Of a stretch of 64,000 nt of DNA, positions 18,014-26,609 are shown one piece after another. This stretch comes from an uncultured Candidatus Saccharibacteria bacterium (lineage in GTDB: Bacteria; Patescibacteriota; Minisyncoccia; Phycocordibacterales; UBA918). The translations under genes were made by a program, and so were the position numbers. The notes below the pieces were generated by a model, which saw only the letters and a list, made by a program, of their open reading frames with translations, ran no database searches and was not told the origin of the DNA. How positions within the stretch are numbered: position 1 is the stretch's first letter; every line of letters begins with the position of its first letter. The stretch lies in NCBI GenBank assembly GCA_964643955.1, contig CAZXUO010000003.1, forward strand, positions 19,865-83,864, read 5' to 3'.

Positions 18014-18385
18014 ATGAATAAGAAAAAGTTGGGGAAAACGAATACTATTAAGCAGGGCGACACGAAAAATTCGGGCCGTACATACCCTCGCCCGTCGTGG
18101 GTGCCTAAAACCGTTTTAGGCGAGGAAGAACTGTGCCCTGATTGCTTTAAGGTTGTCGGAGAGAGAAGCCGCTATAATCTTGTGTGTACGTTGGGTAAGA
18201 ATGCAGAGGGTATGACGGTTGGCGAATTGACTGAAACCATGAAGTTGCGTCAGCCTACGGTTACGCATCATTTGCAAGTTCTTCGTTCCGTCGATGCTGT
18301 TGAGATGGAACCGCGAGGTCGGGAACGTATTTACAAACTTAATCGAGGAGCGCACTGCTTCGAAGAGTGTAAAATCCCTTATTAA
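18014..18385 (+). CDS. ArsR/SmtB-family transcriptional regulator with extra Cys pairs (CPDC…HCFEEC)
   Basis: wHTH recognition helix 'LRQPTVTHHLQVLRSVDAV' (ArsR 'QPTVSHHL' signature). The stop lies 6 nt before the nirK start. Confidence 0.7.
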   Translation: MNKKKLGKTNTIKQGDTKNSGRTYPRPSWVPKTVLGEEELCPDCFKVVGERSRYNLVCTLGKNAEGMTVGELTETMKLRQPTVTHHLQVLRSVDAVEMEPRGRERIYKLNRGAHCFEECKIPY

Positions 18386-18391
18386 CATTCT

Positions 18392-19612
18392 ATGGAACTA
18401 TTTTCATATCTTTGGCAGTATCTAGTGGGGGGCTTCGGTCTTGTGATCGCGTACGGCTTCGCGGCGATATTTATTTTTCTTGTGTTGCGCCAGTTCCATT
18501 CATGGAAAATCACTACAGCACTTGTCGCTATTTTTATAGGTGCCTCGATTGCCTTTTATGTTCCAAACGGTATTCCTCATGCATTTGAATATCCTCTGGG
18601 ACTCCGCACCTTTGGACCTTCCGAAGGTCCCGTTCTGCCGCTTTCAAATGTATTTTCGTTCTTGAAGAATTTCAGCTCGTTTGAGCGTGTCGCGAATATT
18701 GCCCGCAATCCCGATGACGTACCAGGCACAGCCGTGCAGAGTGTAGACGGTATCGTTGAAATCAACCTGGTTGCAAAGGAGGTGGTCGGTGAGATGGCCG
18801 ATGGAGTGACGTTTAACTATTGGACATTTGATGGCACCGTTCCAGGCCCATTCTTGCGAGTGCGCGAAGGCGATACGATTCGTCTAACACTTACGAACGA
18901 TCCATCGAGTCTGCATCATCACTCAATCGATCTTCATGCAGTAACTGGTCCAGGAGGAGGAGCGGCCGCCACTATAGTCGCGCCTGGCGAAAGCAAAACG
19001 ATAACGTTCAAGGCTTTGAATCCTGGCATTTTCATTTATCACTGCGCACATCCGAATGTTGCAAATCACATGGCACATGGGATGTATGGATTAATTCTTG
19101 TTGAGCCAGAGGAAGGACTACCTCCCGCAGACAAAGAATTTTACCTTGTGCAAGGTGAATTCTACAGTTCAGGATCACTTGGCCGTAAAGGACTTCAACT
19201 CTTTGACGCCCAGGCGATGCTTGAAGGGAAGCCACAATACATCGTTTTCAACGGCAAAACCGGCGCACTTGTTGATAATATGAAAGCCGATGTGGGTGAC
19301 ACCGTTCGCCTATATATTGGTAATGGCGGAGTCAATCTTATCTCCAGCTTCCACGTGATTGGCGAGATTTTTGACCGCGTATACCGAGAGGGAGACCTAG
19401 TAACTCCTCCTGCACAGAGCGTGCAGACTACGTTAGTTCCAGCTGGAGGCGCTGCAATGGTTGAGTTTAAGGTTGATTACCCGGGTAATTACGTTCTTGT
19501 TGACCACGCACTCTCTCGACTTGATCGTGGCGCGTGGGGAGTCCTGCATGTTGAGGGAGAAGCAGACCCAATGATTTTCGATGGAGAGATACAGAGCGGT
19601 CACGGACATTAA
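18392..19612 (+). CDS. nirK: Copper-containing nitrite reductase NirK with N-terminal two-TM anchor
   Basis: 'HHHSIDLHAVTGPGGGAA…PGIFIYHCAHPNVANHMAHGMYGLILVEP' carries the type-1 and type-2 Cu ligand pattern (H-x4-H, HC, H, M). Two cupredoxin domains. N-terminus 'MELFSY…' is hydrophobic. Confidence 0.85.
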   Translation: MELFSYLWQYLVGGFGLVIAYGFAAIFIFLVLRQFHSWKITTALVAIFIGASIAFYVPNGIPHAFEYPLGLRTFGPSEGPVLPLSNVFSFLKNFSSFERVANIARNPDDVPGTAVQSVDGIVEINLVAKEVVGEMADGVTFNYWTFDGTVPGPFLRVREGDTIRLTLTNDPSSLHHHSIDLHAVTGPGGGAAATIVAPGESKTITFKALNPGIFIYHCAHPNVANHMAHGMYGLILVEPEEGLPPADKEFYLVQGEFYSSGSLGRKGLQLFDAQAMLEGKPQYIVFNGKTGALVDNMKADVGDTVRLYIGNGGVNLISSFHVIGEIFDRVYREGDLVTPPAQSVQTTLVPAGGAAMVEFKVDYPGNYVLVDHALSRLDRGAWGVLHVEGEADPMIFDGEIQSGHGH

Positions 19613-19634
19613 TTTAGGTTTGCTGAAACTTCAA

Positions 19635-19976
19635 CTAAATTAAGCTCAGTTTTTTCTCTTTAAGAAGCATCCTGCTTCTTAGGTGGCTCAGCAATTCTCG
19701 CTTCTCGTACATCGGGCGCTTCCGTAAGATGTACTTTGCGTAATTCCGGATATCTATTTCCTTGATTTTTACCTTTTCCTTAACTTCGCGCCCTAGCACC
19801 GATTCTTGGAATTCATTGTGCGCCAATATCTCAGCTTTAATCCTGTCTTTCATTCCGATCTCGTCCAACGACACAGTATCGAGTATTTCCGCTAGCTGTT
19901 CGGTCAGTTCCTCCTCCCGGATGTAGCCGCATGGGCAATCCTTATCCCTGAATTTCGTGCATCCGTAGTGGGACAT
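19635..19976 (-). pseudogene. Remnant of a large serine recombinase (C-terminal zinc-ribbon and coiled-coil only)
   Basis: 'YGCTKFRDKDCPCGYIREEELTEQLAEIL…' resembles the recombinase zinc-beta-ribbon and coiled-coil region. No catalytic resolvase domain upstream. Sits in a ~42%-GC islet. Confidence 0.45.
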
Positions 19977-20007
19977 TAAGGTATCCGAAAGAACTGGTCA
20001 TCGTAGT

Positions 20008-20226
20008 TTGGTTAATCGCTATTACATACAGCAAGTGTTCAACAATATTGAAGTCATTCCTGACGACCTGTTGAAGAGAGCTCTAGATTTGATCGAAGAT
20101 ATCGGAGGCAGCTCACCCCAACCAGAGTTGATAATTTCAAAAGTGGAAGACTATATAGAAGGAACGTTACTTTTTATGAAAGATGAAATTGGCAATAGCG
20201 AGCTCTCAAAGTATCGTTTATCCTAG
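20008..20226 (+). CDS. Hypothetical small protein in the low-GC islet
   Basis: 72-aa ORF; AT-rich; no motif. Confidence 0.25.
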   Translation: MVNRYYIQQVFNNIEVIPDDLLKRALDLIEDIGGSSPQPELIISKVEDYIEGTLLFMKDEIGNSELSKYRLS

Positions 20227-20454
20227 TTAATATTTAACGTTTTTAGCAAGAATTGTAATTTTAGATTTTAGGCACGCAAGTAAGTCTCGTAATGACCATA
20301 AAATTTTGGTTTATCGATAGGATGGTTGGCCTCGTGGAGAAGAGCTAGTATTGTTTCTGGACTAATGTTTGGCGTGGGTTGTCGCGTAATGTATAGAGTG
20401 GGGATGTAAAGCTCGCTTTACTCTCTCGAAGTACCTGCATATAATGAGCGGCGT

Positions 20455-20667
20455 ATGCAGGAGAAGATAAAGAATGCGGTGAGTAAGTACCGAATGCAAA
20501 TGGGCGTGACTCAAGAGGAGCTTGCTTCCAAAGTGAATGTAAGCCGCCAGACGATCATTGCTCTGGAGAAAGGGAATTACACACCATCAATCTTACTAGC
20601 GTTAAAAATTGCTGGTTTTTTTAAGATGCCTGTAGAAAAGCTCTTTAACATTTCATATGAGAAATAA
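20455..20667 (+). CDS. XRE-family (Cro/C1-type) HTH transcriptional regulator, YozG-like
   Basis: 'MGVTQEELASKVNVSRQTIIALEKGNYTPSILLALKIAGFF' is a classic XRE HTH; 70 aa. Confidence 0.75.
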   Translation: MQEKIKNAVSKYRMQMGVTQEELASKVNVSRQTIIALEKGNYTPSILLALKIAGFFKMPVEKLFNISYEK

Positions 20668-21019
20668 TCTAATCGAGGCAGTGGTCACGATCGCGCTGGT
20701 TGGTATTGCGGTGTTACTCCTCAATCCATTTCATTTCTGGATGCCTGACATGATGGTGATCTGCATGCTTGCAATCACTCTCGGTCTGTTTGGAATATTT
20801 GCAAGCTTTATTCTCCGAGAGGGTGCCGCGGATGAACGCGATAGTGTGCACCGCACGCTCGCCGGAAGAAATGCATTTCTTGCAGGCTCTGGCGTACTGA
20901 CGCTTGGGATCGTTATTCAGGGATACACACACTCGGTTGATCCGTGGCTTGTTGCGGCGCTCGTCGTGATGATTGTTGTGAAGATTGTGACGCGGGTGTG
21001 GAGTGACAAAAATCGGTAA
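20657..21019 (+). CDS. Small membrane protein (DUF2178-like) translationally coupled to the XRE regulator
   Basis: Overlaps the regulator stop by 11 nt; three to four TM helices. The yozG-like regulator plus DUF2178 is a known two-gene module. Confidence 0.5.
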   Translation: MRNNLIEAVVTIALVGIAVLLLNPFHFWMPDMMVICMLAITLGLFGIFASFILREGAADERDSVHRTLAGRNAFLAGSGVLTLGIVIQGYTHSVDPWLVAALVVMIVVKIVTRVWSDKNR

Positions 21020-21129
21020 AGCCAGACCAAGTTATCCACCAAAGCAGATGTAAAGTACACTTTACATCTGCTTTGGTGTTTATTACACTTATGTTCATAC
21101 AAGAGCATTAAGCGGCAAACATCTTTCTT

Positions 21130-21630
21130 ATGAACAAGCTCACGGGAATCATTTTAGGAATCGTCATCATCATAATCATTGCAGGTGTTGCATATGCGTC
21201 GCTCATGCAGCGTGAGGACGAGATGGTCGATGCAAAGATGGAAGAGGCAGGCATGATGGATGAAAAGATGATGTCACCAGAAGACGAGAAGATGATGGCT
21301 GATGAAAAAGAGATGGCCGCGCCAGGAGTTTATGAATCGTATGCGCCCGAGAAGCTCGCGCGAGCAGAGACGGGCGACGTCGTGTTGTTCTTCCACGCAT
21401 CGTGGTGCCCTTCGTGCCGCGGACTCAATGCAGATATTGAGAAAAATCTCGATGCAATACCGTCTGGGGTAAATATCTTGAAGGTGGATTATGACTCAGA
21501 GACAGAGCTCAAGAAGAAGTACGGCATTACCTACCAGCACACACTCGTGCAGGTTGCGGCCGACGGCACGATGATTAATAAGTGGAGCGGCAGTCCAACG
21601 CTCAGTAGCGTAGTCTCAAACATCAATTAA
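21130..21630 (+). CDS. Membrane-anchored thioredoxin-like protein (TlpA/ResA-like, WCPSC active site) with a Met/Glu/Asp-rich linker
   Basis: TM helix 'LTGIILGIVIIIIIAGVAYA'. Linker 'MVDAKMEEAGMMDEKMMSPEDEKMMADEKEMAAP' has 11 Met in 34 aa. Thioredoxin fold with 'FHASWCPSCRG'. Confidence 0.7.
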   Translation: MNKLTGIILGIVIIIIIAGVAYASLMQREDEMVDAKMEEAGMMDEKMMSPEDEKMMADEKEMAAPGVYESYAPEKLARAETGDVVLFFHASWCPSCRGLNADIEKNLDAIPSGVNILKVDYDSETELKKKYGITYQHTLVQVAADGTMINKWSGSPTLSSVVSNIN

Positions 21631-23445
21631 ATGATTTTTTTCGGCATCTCAGTACTCGCAGGTATCTTCACCGTCGTTGCGCCTTGTATATTGCCGCTTC
21701 TCCCGGTGGTGATGGGCGCATCAGAGACGGGTGATCGGCATGTTGGGAAGCGGGCGCTCATCGTCATTGGTGCGCTCTCGCTCTCGGTCATCATCTTCAC
21801 GCTTTTACTCAAAGCAACAACCCTCCTCATTGGTATTCCGCAAGTATTCTGGAGTTGGTTTTCTGGTAGTATCATCATCGCCGTAGGGTTTGCGATCACG
21901 TTTCCTTCATGGTGGGCGCGCGTGCCATACATTAATAAAGTGAGTGTACTCAGCAATCAGGCGGTCGGTGCGGGATATCAGAAGAAAAGTTATACCGGTG
22001 ATGCGCTGATGGGACTTGCGCTCGGTCCAGTTTTTACCACGTGCTCACCGACATACCTCTTCATTATTGCGACCGCGCTCCCTGCGACGTTTGCAACCGG
22101 CCTTTTGTATCTCTTCGGCTTCACGTTTGGGCTTGCTCTCTCACTTCTTGTGATTGCGTATTTTGGACAAACGCTCATCAATGCGTTGAATGCGCGCATG
22201 GATACTGCCGGAAGGGCGAAGCAAGTATTCGGGATTCTCATCATCGTGGTCGGGGTTTTGATCGTGACTGGTTTTGATAAAAAGATAGAGGCGTACATCC
22301 TCGATTCCGGCTATGGCGCGACGATACAATTAGAAAATAAACTCATCGAGCAATTTGCTCCCACATCTATGTCGACAAAAGAAGCACGCACGAGTGGTGG
22401 TGCCTACGAAACGATCACGCTCGCAGGAGGTTGTTTCTGGTGTACCGAGGCGTACTTTCAAGAACAAGAGGGAGTCATTGATGCAGTGTCGGGATATGCA
22501 GGTGGAGACGAATCGACTGCGTCGTATCTCGTGGTTGCGCAAGGTACGACGAAGCATCGAGAGGCAGTACAGGTGACGTACGACCCAGAAATTATTTCTA
22601 CTGAAAAGATTCTCGATATTTATTGGTCACACATCGATCCGACAAATACGGTCGGACAGTTTGCTGATGAGGGTTTCCAGTACACAAGCGCAATCTTTTA
22701 TCACACCGATGAGCAGCATGCGGTTGCGCATGATTCCAAGAATCGACTTGAAGTGAGTGGTCTCTTTGATAAACCAATTGCAACTGAAATTCTTCCGTTC
22801 AGTACTTTCTTTAAGGCGGAGGAGTATCATCAGGACTATTATAAGAAGGCGTCCGATCATTATGAGCGGTACAAGGAAGCGTCGGGTCGCGCTGGATTTG
22901 TCGAGGAGACGTGGGCGAAAGATGCAGCTATTCAATTTTTAGAATCGGAAGAAACAAAAACTATGAACACAAACGAGTCGTCGAAGAGTGACAACAAGTA
23001 CGAGTATACCGATGAGGAAATTGCAGAAAAGTTAAAAAACCTTGATCCACTTGCGTATCATGTGGTTGCTGAAAATGGTACCGAGTCACCATTTAATAAC
23101 GCCTACTGGGATAATAAGGCGGACGGCATCTATGTGGACATCGTGACAGGTAAGCCGCTGTTTTCGAGCACGCATAAGTATGACTCGGGTACCGGCTGGC
23201 CAAGTTTCTGGAGGACTATCGATGATGATTCGGTGACGATGCATGAAGATAATTCGCTTTCAACGACCCGCACCGAAATACGAACTGAGGCAGGGCATGT
23301 CGGGCATGTGTTTGAGGATGGGCCCGCAGAAGAAGGGGGAAGGAGATTTTGTACCAACTCCGCATCACTTCGGTTTGTACCAAAAGCGGACATGGAAAGA
23401 GAAGGATATGGTCAGTACCTGTATCTCTTCACGGAATCAGTTTAG
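21631..23445 (+). CDS. msrAB: CcdA-MsrA-MsrB tri-domain fusion (membrane thiol-disulfide transporter fused to both methionine sulfoxide reductases)
   Basis: N-terminal ~230-aa CcdA/DsbD-type domain with Cys in TM helices ('VVAPCILPLLP', 'FTTCSPTYLF'). MsrA motif 'LAGGCFWCTE'. MsrB domain 'GTGWPSF…HVGHVFEDGP…RFCTNSASLRF'. Start ATG overlaps the upstream stop (TAAATGA). Confidence 0.85.
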   Translation: MIFFGISVLAGIFTVVAPCILPLLPVVMGASETGDRHVGKRALIVIGALSLSVIIFTLLLKATTLLIGIPQVFWSWFSGSIIIAVGFAITFPSWWARVPYINKVSVLSNQAVGAGYQKKSYTGDALMGLALGPVFTTCSPTYLFIIATALPATFATGLLYLFGFTFGLALSLLVIAYFGQTLINALNARMDTAGRAKQVFGILIIVVGVLIVTGFDKKIEAYILDSGYGATIQLENKLIEQFAPTSMSTKEARTSGGAYETITLAGGCFWCTEAYFQEQEGVIDAVSGYAGGDESTASYLVVAQGTTKHREAVQVTYDPEIISTEKILDIYWSHIDPTNTVGQFADEGFQYTSAIFYHTDEQHAVAHDSKNRLEVSGLFDKPIATEILPFSTFFKAEEYHQDYYKKASDHYERYKEASGRAGFVEETWAKDAAIQFLESEETKTMNTNESSKSDNKYEYTDEEIAEKLKNLDPLAYHVVAENGTESPFNNAYWDNKADGIYVDIVTGKPLFSSTHKYDSGTGWPSFWRTIDDDSVTMHEDNSLSTTRTEIRTEAGHVGHVFEDGPAEEGGRRFCTNSASLRFVPKADMEREGYGQYLYLFTESV

Positions 23446-23556
23446 ACCGATAATCAACCGGATAGGCCTCCGCTTGCAGAGATTTCAGTGGTTCACAATG
23501 GGCGGGTTTCAAGGGTACTTTTCATTGGTATAATTTTTCTAATGGGTCACGTATTG

Positions 23557-25455
23557 ATGCGGAGCGCATGGACAGCGGTTTTTGCTATTGCGCTCATGTT
23601 TCCTTCATACATTTTTGCAGCAGATGAGCCGATCATGCATCTGAAATTTGATGATGGTTCTGGTACGACACCGCAGGATAGTAGTGCAAACAATGTCGAT
23701 GGCTCTTTCACTGCGACGCAGCCGACATGGTCGACGACGGTTCCTGATGTGGCATTTGATAATCCCCGTTCGCTCGACTTCACGGGATCAAATGATGGTG
23801 TGAATGTGACGTGGCCTGAAGCACTCGACTTTGCCGCAACTGACCCACGTACATTTTCATTCTGGTATCGTCCGACAGCGAATGGAGAAGGAGCGTATTC
23901 ACGCCTCTTGAGCTGGACGAGTGACCAGTTGGAAATTGCCGGTACGGAGGCTGGTGGGTCAACGCACAAGATCACATACTACGATGGTGAGTGGCATGCG
24001 ACTGACATCACATTGTCGATTGGTACGTGGTATCACGTGACGTTTACGTATGATGGAACGACTGCAAAGTTTTATATTGGTGATGAACTCCAAGATGAGC
24101 ATGCACTCGCAGGGCGTGCACTGAGCGGAACTCTTAAAATAGGTAATCGTGTTCAGGATGGAAATGAAGGTATCAATGGTCAGATGGATGATATTCGCAT
24201 CTATGACTATGCACTCAATGCGACGCAAGTCGGGAATCTTGCGTCGGGATCAAATGATCCAGACTCAGCGCCGGATGAGACCGCACCAACGTTTTCGAGT
24301 ATTAGCGCAAGTGCATCCTCGAGTGGTGCGACCGTGACATGGACAACCAATGAAGCGGCTTCGACTAAAGTCGTCTACTCAGTCGATGGTACCTACGCAT
24401 CTTCGACAGCGCACACCGATACATCGACGCGCGTGACGAGTCATAGTACAAGCGTGAGTGGACTTCTCTCGTGTACGTTGTATTGGTATCGAGTCGTTTC
24501 AGCTGATGCGGCGGGGAATTATGCGACCTCCACCGCAAGTCAGACTACGTTTAGTACAACCGGCTGTACGGGAGGAGACTCACCACAGATCTCGTCTGCA
24601 ACTCTGGCCACCAATGCAGGTGCAACGACAACACGCACGACGAGTGGACGAAGTTTGGCTGTCCATACACCAGAAAATTTTACCGATGATGTGGATTCGG
24701 TTGTGTTGCAAGTCGCATCATTGACGTCAAGTAGTGCACTTGGCGTGATCGGAAAACCTAATAGCAGCCTCACGAGTGCTGCCGCGTATGTGTTTGATGT
24801 GAAAGCATTGATCAACAACACAACTGAACTCGATTCATTTGATCTTCCGGTCAGGCTCACACTTACGTATACCGACGCAGACATGAGCGGACTCGATGAA
24901 AGTTCACTTGCTATGTATCACTACTCAGATAGTGCATGGTCAGAGCTTGATGACTGTACGGCCAATACGACAGCGAATACCATCACCTGTGAGACAGACA
25001 GTTTTTCGATATTTGGAATTTTTGGGACAGGGACGAGTGGAAGTGGTAGTACATCTGGTAGTGGCGGCGGTATACGATATGGATGCAAGGATAAGTCTGC
25101 ATTGAATTACGAGTATTTTTCTTCACACCGACAAGATTTGTGCAGATATACTGAGGTTCAGACAGGTTTGTGTCCGCGATACCAATTCACACGTCGACTC
25201 CAGTTTGGAAGTGAAGGAGAGGATGTGCGGGCATTACAAAAATTCTTGAATTGTGCCGGATTTACGATTGCATACGAAGGGCTTGGTGCGCCCAGTAACG
25301 AGACTTTATATTTTGCAGACCGTACGCTCGCAGCAGTGAAGCTCTTTCAAACAGCGTATGCTACTGAGATACTTTTGCCAGGTGGCTTCTTGAGTCCAAC
25401 TGGAATTTTTGCAACATTTTCACAAGCTAAAGCATACAGTCTGATGCAGCCATAA
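23557..25455 (+). CDS. Secreted surface protein: LamG/concanavalin-like lectin domain, FN3-like domain, C-terminal PG_binding_1 domain
   Basis: Signal peptide 'MRSAWTAVFAIALMFPSYIFAADEP' chosen over the tool's upstream start. 'GQMDDIRIYDYALNATQV' is typical of LamG_3. The C-terminus 'GSEGEDVRALQKFLNCAGF…AVKLFQTAYATE' is peptidoglycan-binding-like. TGGTATAAT lies at 23524–23532. Confidence 0.6.
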   Translation: MRSAWTAVFAIALMFPSYIFAADEPIMHLKFDDGSGTTPQDSSANNVDGSFTATQPTWSTTVPDVAFDNPRSLDFTGSNDGVNVTWPEALDFAATDPRTFSFWYRPTANGEGAYSRLLSWTSDQLEIAGTEAGGSTHKITYYDGEWHATDITLSIGTWYHVTFTYDGTTAKFYIGDELQDEHALAGRALSGTLKIGNRVQDGNEGINGQMDDIRIYDYALNATQVGNLASGSNDPDSAPDETAPTFSSISASASSSGATVTWTTNEAASTKVVYSVDGTYASSTAHTDTSTRVTSHSTSVSGLLSCTLYWYRVVSADAAGNYATSTASQTTFSTTGCTGGDSPQISSATLATNAGATTTRTTSGRSLAVHTPENFTDDVDSVVLQVASLTSSSALGVIGKPNSSLTSAAAYVFDVKALINNTTELDSFDLPVRLTLTYTDADMSGLDESSLAMYHYSDSAWSELDDCTANTTANTITCETDSFSIFGIFGTGTSGSGSTSGSGGGIRYGCKDKSALNYEYFSSHRQDLCRYTEVQTGLCPRYQFTRRLQFGSEGEDVRALQKFLNCAGFTIAYEGLGAPSNETLYFADRTLAAVKLFQTAYATEILLPGGFLSPTGIFATFSQAKAYSLMQP

Positions 25456-25502
25456 TTTGGCTCGTTATAAAAGAGAGTTTATGCAGTTAATAGTAGTGAC
25501 TA

Positions 25503-25528
25503 ACAGCCTGCTCCGGCAGGCTGTTTTT
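25503..25528 (+). terminator. Rho-independent terminator
   Basis: cagcctgc-tccg-gcaggctg followed by TTTTTAT. Confidence 0.65.
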
Positions 25529-25618
25529 ATATGGATGTACGTGTTAATCCGCGCAGATAGTTTTGGATGTTTGTTATAATAGGGAGCGCACTTAAGAACT
25601 AACTTACACAAGCTTTAT

Positions 25619-26371
25619 ATGGATTTGAATCGACAAAGAATTATTATTGGAGGAATTGCCGTATTTGTCGGCCTCCTCGTCATCGCCGCCGCAATCTTTT
25701 TTGTAAGAGGGGGAATGTCGGGTGGCTTTACGCAGGAAGTTTCAACGTCTGATGCGGCAAACACCGTTCTTGATTTCTATGATCCATGGTTGCTCGCGGC
25801 ACAATCAACGAGCACCGATCCATATAAAGAAGGACTGGCTGACACATCGATATTGAGCAAGGAGCTACGTGAACGTCTTTCAAATACCGACGGCGAGGTT
25901 GATCCGGTGCTCTGTTCGGCGACTGTACCTGAGCAGATTTCTGCGCGGGTCGTGTTTGAGAATGAAGAGAGAGCTGAGGTACTTGTCTTGGCTACGGATC
26001 GAACGCGGACGGAGCAGTCGATTGTAGAGCTTTTACGTCACAACAACGGTTGGTATATCAATGATATTGAGTGTTCTCCGGGAGAGTTTGCACCAGATCG
26101 TGAGTTTAGCTTTGAGCAAGAGGGCTTTCTTCTGAAGAGCGTCGTGCCGCCGCTTGATCCTCAATACTGGCATCTCGTTTTTGAGCAAAATGGCCAGCAA
26201 GGACATGTTGCACAACTTTTCTTTGACGCTAATAGTGTTTGTGTGATGCCTGAAGGTCAGGAATCTACATGCGCACCTGATCAATTTATCGAGCCATCTC
26301 GAGCGCTCGTGAAGGGTGAGATGTCTGAGCGTGGCGTCCAAGTGAAGCGCGTCGAAATGCGAGGGGAGTAG
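25619..26371 (+). CDS. Membrane-anchored hypothetical protein
   Basis: N-terminal TM 'IIIGGIAVFVGLLVIAAAIFFV'. TGTTATAAT lies at 25572–25580 upstream. No motif recognised. Confidence 0.45.
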   Translation: MDLNRQRIIIGGIAVFVGLLVIAAAIFFVRGGMSGGFTQEVSTSDAANTVLDFYDPWLLAAQSTSTDPYKEGLADTSILSKELRERLSNTDGEVDPVLCSATVPEQISARVVFENEERAEVLVLATDRTRTEQSIVELLRHNNGWYINDIECSPGEFAPDREFSFEQEGFLLKSVVPPLDPQYWHLVFEQNGQQGHVAQLFFDANSVCVMPEGQESTCAPDQFIEPSRALVKGEMSERGVQVKRVEMRGE

Positions 26372-26609
26372 TAATGAGAACGGCCTCTCTCGATTTTTCG
26401 AGTGAGGCCGTGAGTGCGCTCCTGAACTGATAGAAACTTATATCACCAACCTCTTTAGGTGTCGGGGACTCATTTCTAAAACAACTTTATCTACACAGGT
26501 TCTTCATTCATGAAGTAATAGAGTGAGAGGGATGTCGTCACCACTTATGAGTGGGGCGGCACTTAGTTTGTTAATTCCTTATAAGTATTAACCACTAATA
26601 ACCACTCAT

